From assembly GCF_006345805.1 (NCBI RefSeq), contig NC_043014.1, positions 43,958,001-44,022,000 on the forward strand: DNA of 64,000 bases. The letters are read 5' to 3'. The notes beneath the pieces are model-generated. The model was given only the letters and a program-made list of their open reading frames with translations. It was not told where the DNA came from and ran no database searches. Each line of letters begins with the position of its first letter. Within the stretch, counting starts at the first letter, position 1. Origin of the DNA: Octopus sinensis. Lineage: Eukaryota. Below, in pieces: positions 49,917-62,049 of this stretch. The position numbers and the translations under genes are program-made.

Positions 49917-50957
49917 CATACATTATATATATATTTATATATATATATATATATATACATTATTATATATATATATACATTATTTATATATATATATATA
50001 CACATATGCATTATTTATATATATATATATATACATTATTTATATATATATATATACACATATGCATTATTTATATTTATATACATACATACTATATTCA
50101 TACTTACAAACATAGTCTCACAATCCTATCATCAAATCTATCTTTATTCTGCTGTTATACCTACTTTAGCCTGTGTTTCTCTTTGTTTCACCTTCACTGT
50201 ATCTCCATTCTCCACTATCACTTCACTAACACTCCTCTTCTTTATATACCTATCCTAACCATTGAGGGCCAAATATCAAATTATTATTCACCCATTTCCA
50301 CGTTCCACGAACCCCCTAAAACACAGAAAAGACCCTTTGTTTATCAAACTATTTTTTTCCCCACCATTTTTCATTCCCAAATATAATTTTTTCCTAAATA
50401 AAATGACTTCCTCCTTCATGACAGACATTGATAATTTAGTCTCTCTATTTGAGGAATATACTTCCAGGATTATTTGGAATAAACTGTCCAGCCAAAACAT
50501 CAAGTGAGCTTTACTGTTGATTTGCTTTGATCTAATTTAATTGGCTTAGTGGTTAGGGTGTTGGACTCACAATTGCAAGATTGAGATTTTGATTCTTGGA
50601 TCAGACAATGTGTTGTGTTCTTGAGCAAAACACTTCACTTGATGTTGCACCAGTCCACTCAGCTGTTGAAATGAGTACCGCAGTGTACTGTAAGATTGTG
50701 GTTTCAATCCCTGGACTAGACATCTGTTGTGTTCTTGAGCAAAACACTTCATTTCACATTGCTCCAGTTCACTCAGCTGTAGAAATGAGTTTAGCCTGGA
50801 GAGGGGTGGGCTCTGCCAGGCTTTCTCACCCTAGTCACACTGCATGGCTGCAGTGCTCCAACGACCGCCAAGGTGTTAAGGGATTTGTCAATTGTCACTG
50901 TAATTGATCCCTTCTTTTTTACTATATATACATATCTCCCTGTTTATTTCTGTGTTC

Positions 50958-50993
50958 CTTTCTGTTGAAGAGTGTAGGCTCGAAACATAAAAG
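50958..50993 (+). ncRNA. Minimal hammerhead-like motif with variant core (CUGUUGA), decayed copy
   Basis: cttt-CTGTTGA-a-gagt gtag gctc-GAAA-ca-TA-aaag; sister copy at 54479-54516 (-). Confidence 0.35.
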
Positions 50994-52109
50994 ACTTTCT
51001 CACTTCCCAAGCGTTAAACTAATACATGTGTTTGTTGTTTACACACCCATCTTTGTCTTTTGTTTTTCTGTAAATTCTCACTATATATATATATGGCTGA
51101 GGTGGCCGATCACAGTACCACCTGATTGGCACTCATGCCAGTGGAATGTTAAAAGCACATCCAAATGTGGGGAGTAACCGGCCCACTTATGAGTACCCCT
51201 CATTCATTGGACAAAGGACTTTGCTTGCAAAGACCTATTGAGGCAAGTGAAATCAAAATCAAAATCACTGACGTGGCCGATGACAGTACCACCTGATTGG
51301 CATTCATGCCAGTGGAACGTTAAAAGCACATCCAAGCGTGATCGTTGCTAGGGCCACGGATTGGCTCCTGTGCCAGTGGCACGTGAAAAGCACCATTTGA
51401 GCATGATCCTTGCCAGTCACCCTACCGGCACATGTACCAGTGGCACATGAAAAGCAACATTTGAACGTGGTCGTTGCCAGTGCCACCAGACTGGCCCTCA
51501 TGCTGATGTCACGTAAAAGCACCCACTGTACTCTCGGAGTGGTTGGCATTAGGAAGGGCATCCAGCTGTAAAAACTTTGCCAGATCAGATTGAGCCTGGT
51601 GCAGCCTCTGGCTCAGCAGTCCTAAGTCAAACTGTCCAAGCAATGCCAGCATGGAAAGCAGACGTTAAATGACGATGATGATGATGATGATGATGATATA
51701 TATACATATATATATTATTTCACCTAGGTATAGCAATACTGATAACCTGGTGTTATAATCCAGTATAGTGAAGGCGCATGGCTCGGTGGTTAAAGTGTCA
51801 AGCTTACGATCGTCAGGTTGTAAGTTCGATTCCTGGACCGGGCTGTGTATTGTGTTCTTGAGCATGACACTTTATTTCACGTTGCTCCAGTTTCACTCAG
51901 CTGTAGAAATGAGTTCCAACATCACTGGTGCCAAGCTGTATCGGCCTTTGCCTTTCCCTTGGATAACACTGGTGGCGTGGAGAGGGGAGGCCGGTATGCA
52001 TGGGCGACTGCTTGTCTTCCATAAACAACCTTGCCCAGACTTGTGCCTGGGAAGGTAACTTTCTAGGTGCAATCTCTTGGTCAATCATGACCGAAGTGGG
52101 GTCTCAGCA

Positions 52110-53082
52110 ATAATTCAGTATACTCTTGCTCTTCATTCCATAGAAAATAAAATTCAAATCAGATCATGTTAAGACTAAAAGTTATTTACATCAAAAAGGT
52201 GCTTTTTTTCTATAAAAATCCCTTTTTTTTTTACGATTTTTTGACTGCTGTGTCGTCATTTTTCGGTGTATTTCAACCAGAAAAATGTTCACTTAAAGAG
52301 AATAACAAGCTACATAATGCAAAATTTTTACTTTTCAAAAATTCCAATTCTAAAGGGTTGAAACAAACCCAAGCAACGCTGGGCAATCCCGCTAGTTACT
52401 ATTAGTTTCATCATAATTAATGATATTTATTACTAAATTTAATGTTAAAGTTTAGTTTACTTAATAAGATTACGTTCTGATCAAAATCCAAAGCAAATAC
52501 AATGATTTCTAAATTATATTTTATATTAAATTAATCAACAGAGATGTCTTGCACTGCCTCTTTATGTAAGGTATTTTTACTACCAGTGAATTTGTTCATA
52601 TTTTTTTCCCTTTTCACCTATGTGAATTTTCGCCAATTCTAAAGGGTCGAAACAAACCCGAGCAACGCCGGGCGATACTACTAGTCTTTATATATAAAAG
52701 TCAAGTTGTGTGTCTGTCTCCTACGATTTAGATTCCTAACTACTCCCACATTTTGCGGTGCAATTTAACCAAAACCGGGTATCTTATAGTCGTGATTCAT
52801 ATCGAGCCCTTCTGGGTATTAGCGCGTGTCTACGATGAGTCTACGATTTAAAAAAAAATTTACCATCATTTTTTTCCATTTTAATGCATTTTTTCGCTAT
52901 TATATAAGGGAAGTAACTCTCTAAAAACGTCTACGATGAGTCAACGATTTAAAAAAAAATTTACCATCATTTTTTTTCCATTTTTAATGCATTTTTTTGC
53001 TATTTTTTGGCTATAACTCTCTAAAAATGCTTATATAGTTATTTCCCTTACAAACCCGAGCAACGCCGGGCGATACTGCTAG
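52110..53082 (+). mobile_element. Head-to-tail Helitron array
   Basis: Three hairpin+CTAG 3' ends (CTAG ending at 52395, 52684 and 53082); TC 5' end at 52685 immediately after the second CTAG; last CTAG followed by T. Confidence 0.75.
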
Positions 53083-53957
53083 TAACATATAAATCTACTG
53101 TTAGTAATAAGTTTAAAGTCATTGCTATAGCGATAGTATAGTCTGTTGATAGATCTTTTGATGGTATTCTAATACAATCATAAGGCCAGGCTTTTAATTT
53201 TTTTTTTATTTCAGTTTACATTAGTTTAATTACTGTAACAGAATTTAATGTCCAGTAATAGGTTCATTGTTACTACTGTGGCATCATTACCGCCATAGTA
53301 GCACCATTTAACTTTGCATTAACAGTGTAATTAGTGTGGTGGTGGTGTGGCGCCGAGTTGACCATAGTTACATCCCAATTTGATCGTATTCACTTGAGAG
53401 CATTTAAATAGAAGAATCGATAATTTAGCTTTCTTCCTTTGTTTCACTGGCAATTATTTAAAGGCATTTGCAGTTTTTATGTAGAAGGTTTATTAACCTC
53501 CATCTATGTATGTTTGTGTTTGTAAATGCTTGCATGATCCCCTCACTGTATTCATTATGTGTGTGTACATACGCATATATACACACATATGTATATGTAC
53601 ATACATCATCATCATCATCATCATCATCGTTTAACGTCCGTTCTCCATGCTAGCATGGGTTGGACAGTTCGACCGGGGATCTGGGAAGCCAGAAGGCTGC
53701 ACCAGGCTCTGGTCTTATCTGGCAAAGTTTCTACAGCTGGATGCCCTTCCTAACGCCAACCACTCCGTGAGTGTAGTGGGTGCTTTTTATACGTGCCACC
53801 TGCATCGGCCGCGGTCAGATTGGTGCATTTTATGGAAGCCATATATGGAAGCCATACATATATATATATATATACAAACTTGTATATGTGTAAATGTATG
53901 CATAGGTGTATATGTGTGTATATATATATTTGTACAGGTGCATATATATATATATTT

Positions 53958-54190
53958 GAGAGAACACGTATCCAGCATGAAGAACTTAAGCGAGCTGTGC
54001 GAAAGCGCACGGCTCGTATAGGGAATGGGGAAAGCTTGGTCTGCAATGTTTGCAGTCGTGTATGCTTGTCAAGAGCAGGGCTCATTAGCCACCAACGGAG
54101 CCGCAAATGCAAAATATAAGTTAGTCCTAGAGCACACAATGTTCCTGATGGTCAGCAATGGTCTTCCTCGGTCACGAGTGGACGGCCATC
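53958..54190 (+). mobile_element. RTE-clade LINE 3' end with C-terminal zinc-finger-like motif and 3' UTR
   Basis: HEELKRAVRK...LVCNVCSRVCLSRAGLISHQRS* followed by atggtcttcctcggtcacgagtggacggccat and a (TA)n tail. Confidence 0.75.
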
Positions 54191-54362
54191 GTATATATAT
54201 ATATATATCATCATCATCATTTAGCGTCCGCTTTCCACGCTAGCATGGGTTGGACGGTTTAACTGGGGTCTGTGAAGCCAGAAGGCTGCATCAGGCCCAG
54301 TCTGGGTCACGAACGGATGGTGCTACACATATATATATATATATATATATAACATATATATG

Positions 54363-54393
<31 letters not shown>

Positions 54394-54478
54394 AGTTCAA
54401 ATTTATAGAAAAACAAAGACAAAGACAGGTGTAGGAACAACAAGCGTGTTAGTTTGACACTCAGGAAAAATGGAAATG

Positions 54479-54516
54479 TCTTTTACGTTTCAAGCCTATG
54501 CTCTTCAACAGAAAGA
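54479..54516 (-). ncRNA. Minimal hammerhead-like motif with variant core (CUGUUGA)
   Basis: Minus: tcttt-CTGTTGA-a-gagc atag gctt-GAAA-cg-TA-aaaga; 5-bp stem I, 4-bp stem II, self-complementary ACGU. Confidence 0.4.
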
Positions 54517-54658
54517 AATAAGAAGAAATAAACAGAGAGAGAATGGAAAAAAAAACATATTGAGTTTAGTGGTCCAACATGGCAAATGATTGGAAAAAAA
54601 GAGGTTGAATGAAAGGGAGATAATATTGTGTGTGTGTATGTGTGTGTGTGCATATATA

Positions 54659-54699
<41 letters not shown>

Positions 54700-54864
54700 T
54701 ACATACATACACACACACACATATATATATATATACATACACACACACATATATATATACGGTATATTTAAAACATTACTTAAATGGTCTTTTTACATAC
54801 TGAACACTGCTTGGTAAAATTATTAATTACTAATTAACTAATTTTACATTTATTATTATTGACT

Positions 54865-54901
<37 letters not shown>

Positions 54902-55057
54902 CAAGGTCGACTCTGCCTTTCATCCTTTCGGGGTCAATAAATAAAGTACCAGTTTCACACTGGGGGTCGATGTAATCGACTTAATCCCTTTGTCTGTCCT
55001 TGTTTGGCCCCTTGTGGGTAGTAAAGAAATATATATATATATATTTTTTTTTTTTTA

Positions 55058-55210
55058 TATTTTATAGAAGGAGCTTCTACAGGACTAGAACTGTTTCATT
55101 CAAATGAAATCATCAGGAAGCTCAACTATGCACATGCACACACAGAGCTTCCTGATGATTTCATTTGAATGAAACAGTTCTAGTCCTGTAGAAGCTCCTT
55201 CTATAAAATA
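55058..55210. repeat. Perfect inverted repeat (66-bp arms, 21-nt spacer), probably Penelope-like-element derived
   Basis: 55058-55123 is the exact reverse complement of 55145-55210. Confidence 0.95.
55145..55197 (+). ncRNA. Type I hammerhead ribozyme motif (mirror copy at 55071-55123 on the - strand)
   Basis: GAGCUUC-CUGAUGA-uUUC auuu GAAu-GAAA-CAG uucuaguc CUG-UA-GAAGCUC: 7-bp stem I, intact core, 3-bp stem II (U.U at base), stem III; predicted cleavage after A55190. Confidence 0.65.
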
Positions 55211-55931
55211 AATTAATTTACTCTGCTATGTATTGAGTACCTTACTTACTGTGGTTAACCCCGACTCAACCCGGGACCTACATATATATATATATATATA
55301 CTTGTAAATTTGTGTATCTATATGTGTGTGTAAATATGTGTTGTCGTTCTTTTTCTTCTTCTTCTCCTTCTTCTTATCATTATTATTATTATTATTATTA
55401 TCATTGTTATGGAGCATTAATACCTTTCTCACTAAAAATATACATAAAAACACCCATTAAAACTCATTCAGTGTCTTGTTTATTCTCTCCATTACCCATT
55501 CTTTCCCGGGCACCATTTCAAACAGAGCAGGCCTTCAACGGCGCCTTCACAGACCCCGCTGCTGCTGCCGCCGTATCTCCTTAACCTGCCGAAGCCATAA
55601 ACTATATTTCTAGCAATATTCTCGTGTCGTAAATTAAAAATTAACTTTTGTTGGTGGGACACCTGACACATACCTTGATGGTTTATGGACACCCATTATC
55701 TAACGACAGTGGCCAAAGAGAGGGGAAGGCGACAGCGCGACATCTAAGTTATTATTTACTGTCTTTTATGTACTGGGCTATTAAAATTGTTCAGTTATTC
55801 TAATATCAGTTGTTCCCCCACCGTTCCCAGCTCCACCATCTTCAGTGTTTCTTTCTTAAGGTGAGTCTTGTTCCTTCTGATCCTCTCTCTTCTGTGGAAA
55901 CTATGGTGACCTGACAAAGGAGCCTGTTTGC

Positions 55932-56562
55932 GGTCGCTGGACTTGCTAGAAACAGCAGTAAGATTACGTCCTTCTGTCTTTTGTGGTCGCTGGACTTGCT
56001 AGAAACAGCAGTAAGATTACATCCTTCTGTCTTTTGTGGTCGCTGGACTGGCTAGAAACAGCAGTAAGATTACATCCTTCTGTCTTTTGTGGTCGCTGGA
56101 CTTGCTAGAAACAGCAGTGAGATTACATCCTTCTGTCTTGTGTGGTCGCTGGACTTGCTAGAAACAGCAGTAAGATTACATCCTTCTGTCTTTTGTGGTC
56201 GCTGGACTTGCTAGAAACAGCAGTAAGATTACATCCTTCTGTCTTTTGTGGTCGCTGGACTTGCTAGAAACAGCAGTAAGATTACATCCTTCTGTCTTTT
56301 GTGGTCGCTGGACTTGCTAGAAACAGCAGTAAGATTACATCCTTCTGTCTTTTGTGGTCGCTGGACTTGCTAGAAACAGCAGTAAGATTACATCCTTCTG
56401 TCTTTTGTGGTCACTGGACTTGCTAGAAACAGCAGTAAGATTACATCCTTCTGTCTTTTGTGGTCGCTGGACTTGCTAGAAACAGCAGTAAGATTACATC
56501 CTTCTGTCTTTTGTGGTCGCTGGACTTGCTAGAAACAGCAGTAAGATTACATCCTACTGTCT
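55932..56562. repeat. 53-bp tandem minisatellite, 12 near-identical copies
   Basis: Unit tgtggtcgctggacttgctagaaacagcagtaagattacatccttctgtcttt; period 53 (55932, 55985, 56038 ... 56515). Confidence 0.97.
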
Positions 56563-58330
56563 TGAAAGGAGGGTATATTGGATAATGCATTATTGGAAAT
56601 AAAACAAGATCATCTGATTCACTCTACTTTGATGACTATGATGACCCAACAAGGGAGCTTCTTTGTGGTTGCTAGACTTGCTAGAAATAGTAGCCAAGTT
56701 ACATCCAACTTTCTTAAAAGAAGGACATATTGGATAATGTAGTCCCAAATATATTATGTCTAGAAATAAAATAAGATCATGTGATCCACTCTGCTTTGGA
56801 ACCTATGATGATTCAACATGAATGCCTGTTTGTGGTTTTGCGCATGCTAGAAACAGCAGCCAAATTACATAATGTTGTCATAAAGAAGGACACATTAGAT
56901 AATATAGTCTTAGATGAACTATGTCTGAAAATAAGGTAGGATTATCATAGCTGGAATGTCTTTGACCATATCCAGACTTGGCCTTGGGTTGAACAGCAAA
57001 TGAGGTTATGACATTACTTTCCATGACCTCAAATGTACCAAATGACCTCACTACGCCTCACCACATCACACTATGTCACACTGTGCCTCACTGTTAAGTG
57101 ACAACTATTGTGCGCTGGCGCAATAAATTATGCTTACTGCTTAATGTCGCTTTCAACAAAGAACTTTGTCACACTTCTGATTTCTTCCTCCACAGAATTC
57201 CAACCTCACCACCACTTCTTACTGCCCCCACCACGACCACCACCACCACCATTCTGCACAAATCAGTACTATACCCCCTGTCCCTCCCTTCCTTCTTTCT
57301 GCATAGCCATCAATTTATGCTGCGTCAGCGCCGCTGTGCATCTCTACAACTCTGTCAGTGCATCACCAGCATTCCTGTGTTGCATTACTCCCTGCCAGTC
57401 CATACTATATCACCACCTCCCCACCACCACCACCACCATCACCACACTGTGGCACCTTGGGAAGTGTCTTCTGCTCCAGCCTTGAGCCAAACCAAAGCCT
57501 TATTTCATTGACCCTGAAAGGATGAAAGACAAAGTTGGGCCTCATTAGAATTTAAACTCAGAATGTAAAAATGGATGAAATGTTGCTAAGCTTTTTGCCC
57601 AGTGTGCCAACGTTTCTTATTTCTGTATTGCCCACAAGGGGCTAAACATAGAGGGAACAAACAAGGACAGACAAACAGATTAAGTCGATTACATCGACCC
57701 CAGTGAGTAACTGGTACTTAATTTAACGACCCTGAAAGGATGAAAGGCAAAGTCTACGTCGGTGGAATTTGAACTCAGAACGTAAGACAGACGAAATACC
57801 TATTTCTTTACTACCCACAAGGGGCTAAACACAGAAGGGACAAACAAGTACAGACAAACGGATTAAGTCGATTACACCAACCCCAGTGCATAACTGGTAC
57901 TTAATTTATCGACCCCGAAAGGATAAAAGGCAAAGTTGACCTCGGCGGAATTTGAACTCAGAACATAGCAGCAGACGAAATATTGCTAAGTATTTCGCCC
58001 GACATGCTAACATTTCTGCCAGCTCACCGCCTTAGCTGTGCTAAATATTGACATGTCTAATAATATACAATTATATTCAAAACAGTAATAGTCATCACAG
58101 GTAAATTGCACTGTATTTAAATTTAATAATTTCCAATATTTATATCTAAAGATTATAGGCGCAGGAGTGGCTGTGTGGAAAGTAGCTTGCTTACCAACCA
58201 CATGGTTCCGGGTTCAGTCCCACTGCATGACACCTTGGGCAAGTGTCTTCTACTATAGCCTCAGGCCGACCAAAGTCATGTGAGTAGATTTGGTAGACAG
58301 AAACTGGAAGAAGCCCGTCGTATATATGTA

Positions 58331-58410
<80 letters not shown>

Positions 58411-59742
58411 TATATATATATACACACATATACATATATATATATATATATACACACATATATATATACATATATATATGTGTGTGTTTGTGTGTCTGCA
58501 TTTGTCCCCCCAACATTGCTTGACAATCGATGCTGGTGTGTTTACGTCCCTGTAACTTAGCGGTTCGGCAAAAGAGACCGACAGAATAAGTACTAGGCTT
58601 ACAAAGAATAAGTCCCAGGGTCGATTTACTCAACTAAAGGCGGTGCTCCAGCATGGCCACAGTCAAATGACTGAAACAAGTAAAAGAGTAAAAGAGAATA
58701 CGATGGGCAAGAGAGAGATTTAAGAGTTTCTGTTTTCCAAAAGTGTTTCAACTGGGTAATTTCCATCTCAATTTTTAATTAGATTTCCTTGAATATTCTG
58801 AAGGTAATTTATCCATCCATCCATCCATTTGTTCACACACACACACACACACGTGCATCAATAACCCTTCATTGCCCAGATTAACGACAACTATCGCGAG
58901 TGATATACACAGCCAGTTTGCAATGTAGAACTGTGCTATACACATTCTTGAAGGCCTGGTTATATATCACCTGGCATGTATTAAAATGTCAGCGCCAAAA
59001 CTGCCCAGCAGTATTTTGAGACAAAATTCTGAAGCATCTAACTAATAAATATTCTTAAGGTATATTTCAGGCCAAAACAAAACACTGTCGCAGTAAATAA
59101 TTTCATGCTTCTCTGGAAAGAAAAGGTTTTAATTAATGCTGTTTGAATAAGTATGCGTGTGTGTGAGCGTATATTGTAATTTTCTAATCTAGAGCACCTC
59201 TGAGACAAGTTTCAGATTTGTTACTTTAAATGATTAGCCTTCAGCTTCGTTAATTTACAAAGCAAAAATTCAGTCTGACTGAGAAGTGTTGCTGATTGAA
59301 TTCAAATGTAAGATCTGATGGAATTAGTGCAATTAATCATCCTTGATTAAATATTTTATAATCAATACTAACACATTTAGTATACTAAATAACCTATGTC
59401 GAGTTGACCAGTGCAGTCTGAGTGGAATTTGATAGATGGAAACAGTGCAGAGCTTGTATGTGTATATAGGTATGTTTATGTATATGTGTGTGGCCGATGC
59501 CGGCACCGCCTTGACTGGCTTCCGTGCCGGTGGCACGTAAAAAGCACCAACTGATCATGGCCGTTGCCAGCCTCCCCTGGCATGTAAAAAGCATCCACTA
59601 CACTCTCTGAGTGGTTGGCGTTAGGAAGGGCATCCAGCTGTAGAAACACTATCAGATCAGACTGGAGCCTGGTGCAGCCTCCTGGCTTCCCAGACCCCGA
59701 TCAAACCGTCCAACCCATGCTAGTATGGAAAAGAGACGTTAA

Positions 59743-59775
<33 letters not shown>

Positions 59776-60486
59776 TGTGTGTGTGTGTGTTCATTTAATG
59801 TCCATATTTCCAATGCCAGCTTGGGTTGAATAGGGGTAAGCATCCCGTCTGTCTTGAAGGGCTTCTTCACTGGTCGTTATGTTTAACAAGGTATGTAAAC
59901 ATCATATCACTGTTTCATTTAGATAGTAATAAGCAGGGCTGTGGAATGTTAATATACACATACACTAATATGTTAGTGCGTGTATGTATACATTTGTGCA
60001 TGCACACACATACATGTGTATATTTATCATCATCTTTATTTAAAGTCCATTTTCCACGCAGGTATGAGTTGGGTGGTTCAACAGGAACTGGTAAATCAGA
60101 AGACCTCACTAAGCCCTGCTGTCTGTTTTGTGCATGGTTTCTATGGTTGGATGCCCTTTTTAATGCCAACCACCTTACACGGTGTACTGGGTGTTTTTTA
60201 TGGGACACTAGCTGTAACGTGGTCACCGAGTAACTTGCAAGACAAGATACCTCAATTGAAGTGGGGAGTAGTATTGAAGGACTGAGAAAGGAGTCTTGCA
60301 TTAAAGGGGAAACATGGCTACTTCAGATAGGGAGAGAGTGGAGAGAGAGAAGATGGTGACGGAGAGTAGTGCAGGGGCCAGGTTTCCATATAGTTTAGGT
60401 CCATCATTTAGGCTCAGAAAACATTGATTTACCCATATTTATAGCAAGGGACACTTGCTCAGTATGCTGCAGATTGGTATATAGAG

Positions 60487-60752
60487 CAGTGGTTCTCAAT
60501 TAGGGTTCAGATGGCCCTTAGGGGCCCATATAAGATTATTTTTTTGTTGTTAAAATTTATTGTCCAATAAATTGGTTATATTTTTACAATACTCAAAATA
60601 TTTTTATTTTTTATTTATACAATTCTTAACAATATTTAATTATAAAAATATAAGAATTTATTTTATTATACAACAAATGGCTGTGGAGGTTTCAGTCGAG
60701 TAAAATAGGAGTCCAAACGGGCCATAGGGCAAAAGATAGGTGAGAACCACTG
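60487..60752. mobile_element. hAT-like MITE
   Basis: 12-bp TIRs CAGTGGTTCTCA / TGAGAACCACTG; no clear 8-bp TSD. Confidence 0.65.
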
Positions 60753-60980
60753 ATACTGATTGATCTGTGGGTTTTCATCCTGTTTGCTGTGAGATGCTAA
60801 CATAACAGGCGTAGGAGTGGCTGTGTGGTAAGTAGCTTGCTTACGAACCACATGGTTCCGGGTTCAATCCCACTGCATGGCACCTTGGGCAAGTGCCTTC
60901 TACTATAGTCTTGGGCCAACCAAAGCCTTGTGAGTGGATTTGGTAGACGGAAACTGAAAGAAGCCTGTCGTATATATGTG

Positions 60981-61025
<45 letters not shown>

Positions 61026-61050
61026 AAATAAGCAACAAGAATGACTCCGG

Positions 61051-61143
61051 TAATTTGGTACGATCATTTCGTACTACATCATTTTATTAAATGTTGTAAG
61101 TATTACAACAGATTTAAGATGCTGAGTACTCATCAGCCAATTA
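61051..61143 (-). ncRNA. Type I hammerhead ribozyme motif with long stem II and palindromic loop III
   Basis: Minus: uaaUUGG-CUGAUGA-GUACU...(extended hairpin)...AGUAC-GAAA-U GAUC G-UA-CCAAauua; predicted cleavage between 61059 and 61058. Confidence 0.7.
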
Positions 61144-62049
61144 TAGAGGTTTTATATATATATATTTATATATATATATATATAGAAACACTGCCAGGTC
61201 AGACTGGAGCCTGGTGCAGCTTCCTGACTTCCCAGACCCTAGTCGAACCGTCCAACCCATGCTAGTATGGAAAATGGATGTTAAATGATGAGGATGATAT
61301 ATATATATATGTTTGTGTATCTGTGTGTGTGTGTACCCAAACATCGCTTGACAACTGATGCTGGTGTGTTTATGTCCCCGTAACTTAGCGTTTTGACAAA
61401 AGAGACCAATAGAATAAGTACTAGGCTTACAAAGAATAAGTCCTGGGGGTCGATTTGCTCGACTAAAGGCCGTGCTCCAGCATGGCCACATTCAAATGCC
61501 TGAAACAAGTATAAGAGTATATGTTTTTTTGTTTTCTTTTACTTGTAAAAGTCGTATATAAGAGTGGCTGATTGAGTGAACAACTTTGTAGACATATTCA
61601 AAATCTCCTAATAGAATCTAGTTTTGAGTTCTTAGGCAATAGACACCACTCTACTTGCCACATTCTAGCAATGCAGACCAAATTAATCTATTTAATTAAT
61701 TGTTTACTCCCTGTTGTTAAGGCTTAATTTCCTTCTTTACTGTTTCTTCTCTTCTTTTTCTATTTTTTCTTAGATTCTTTATTTTTTTTTTTTTCCTTAC
61801 ATTATTTTTTTTTTTTGCTATTATCTTTAAGCCAACGCAACAGTATGAAAGAAAAAATAAACAAACACAAAAATTGTTAAAACAGAAAAAAACAACAAAA
61901 AGGAAGAAAGGAACACAAACTTAATGACAGGGAGCTAAGAATTAATTGATTAATTAATTAATTAGTTAGATTAATTTGGTCTGCATGCCATTATGTAAAG
62001 GGACCTTTGTTTAAGCAAAGTCTAACCTATCTACAGATTAGTCATAGAG

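Noticed and set aside
49356-50386. Y/I/C/V-rich ORFs (also at 7682-8035, 44165-44505, 58191-58633, 62007-63822)
   Set aside because: Translations of TA/CA/GT microsatellites
55932-56562. CRISPR-like regular repeat array
   Set aside because: Units are contiguous and near identical with no unique spacers; eukaryotic context, no cas genes
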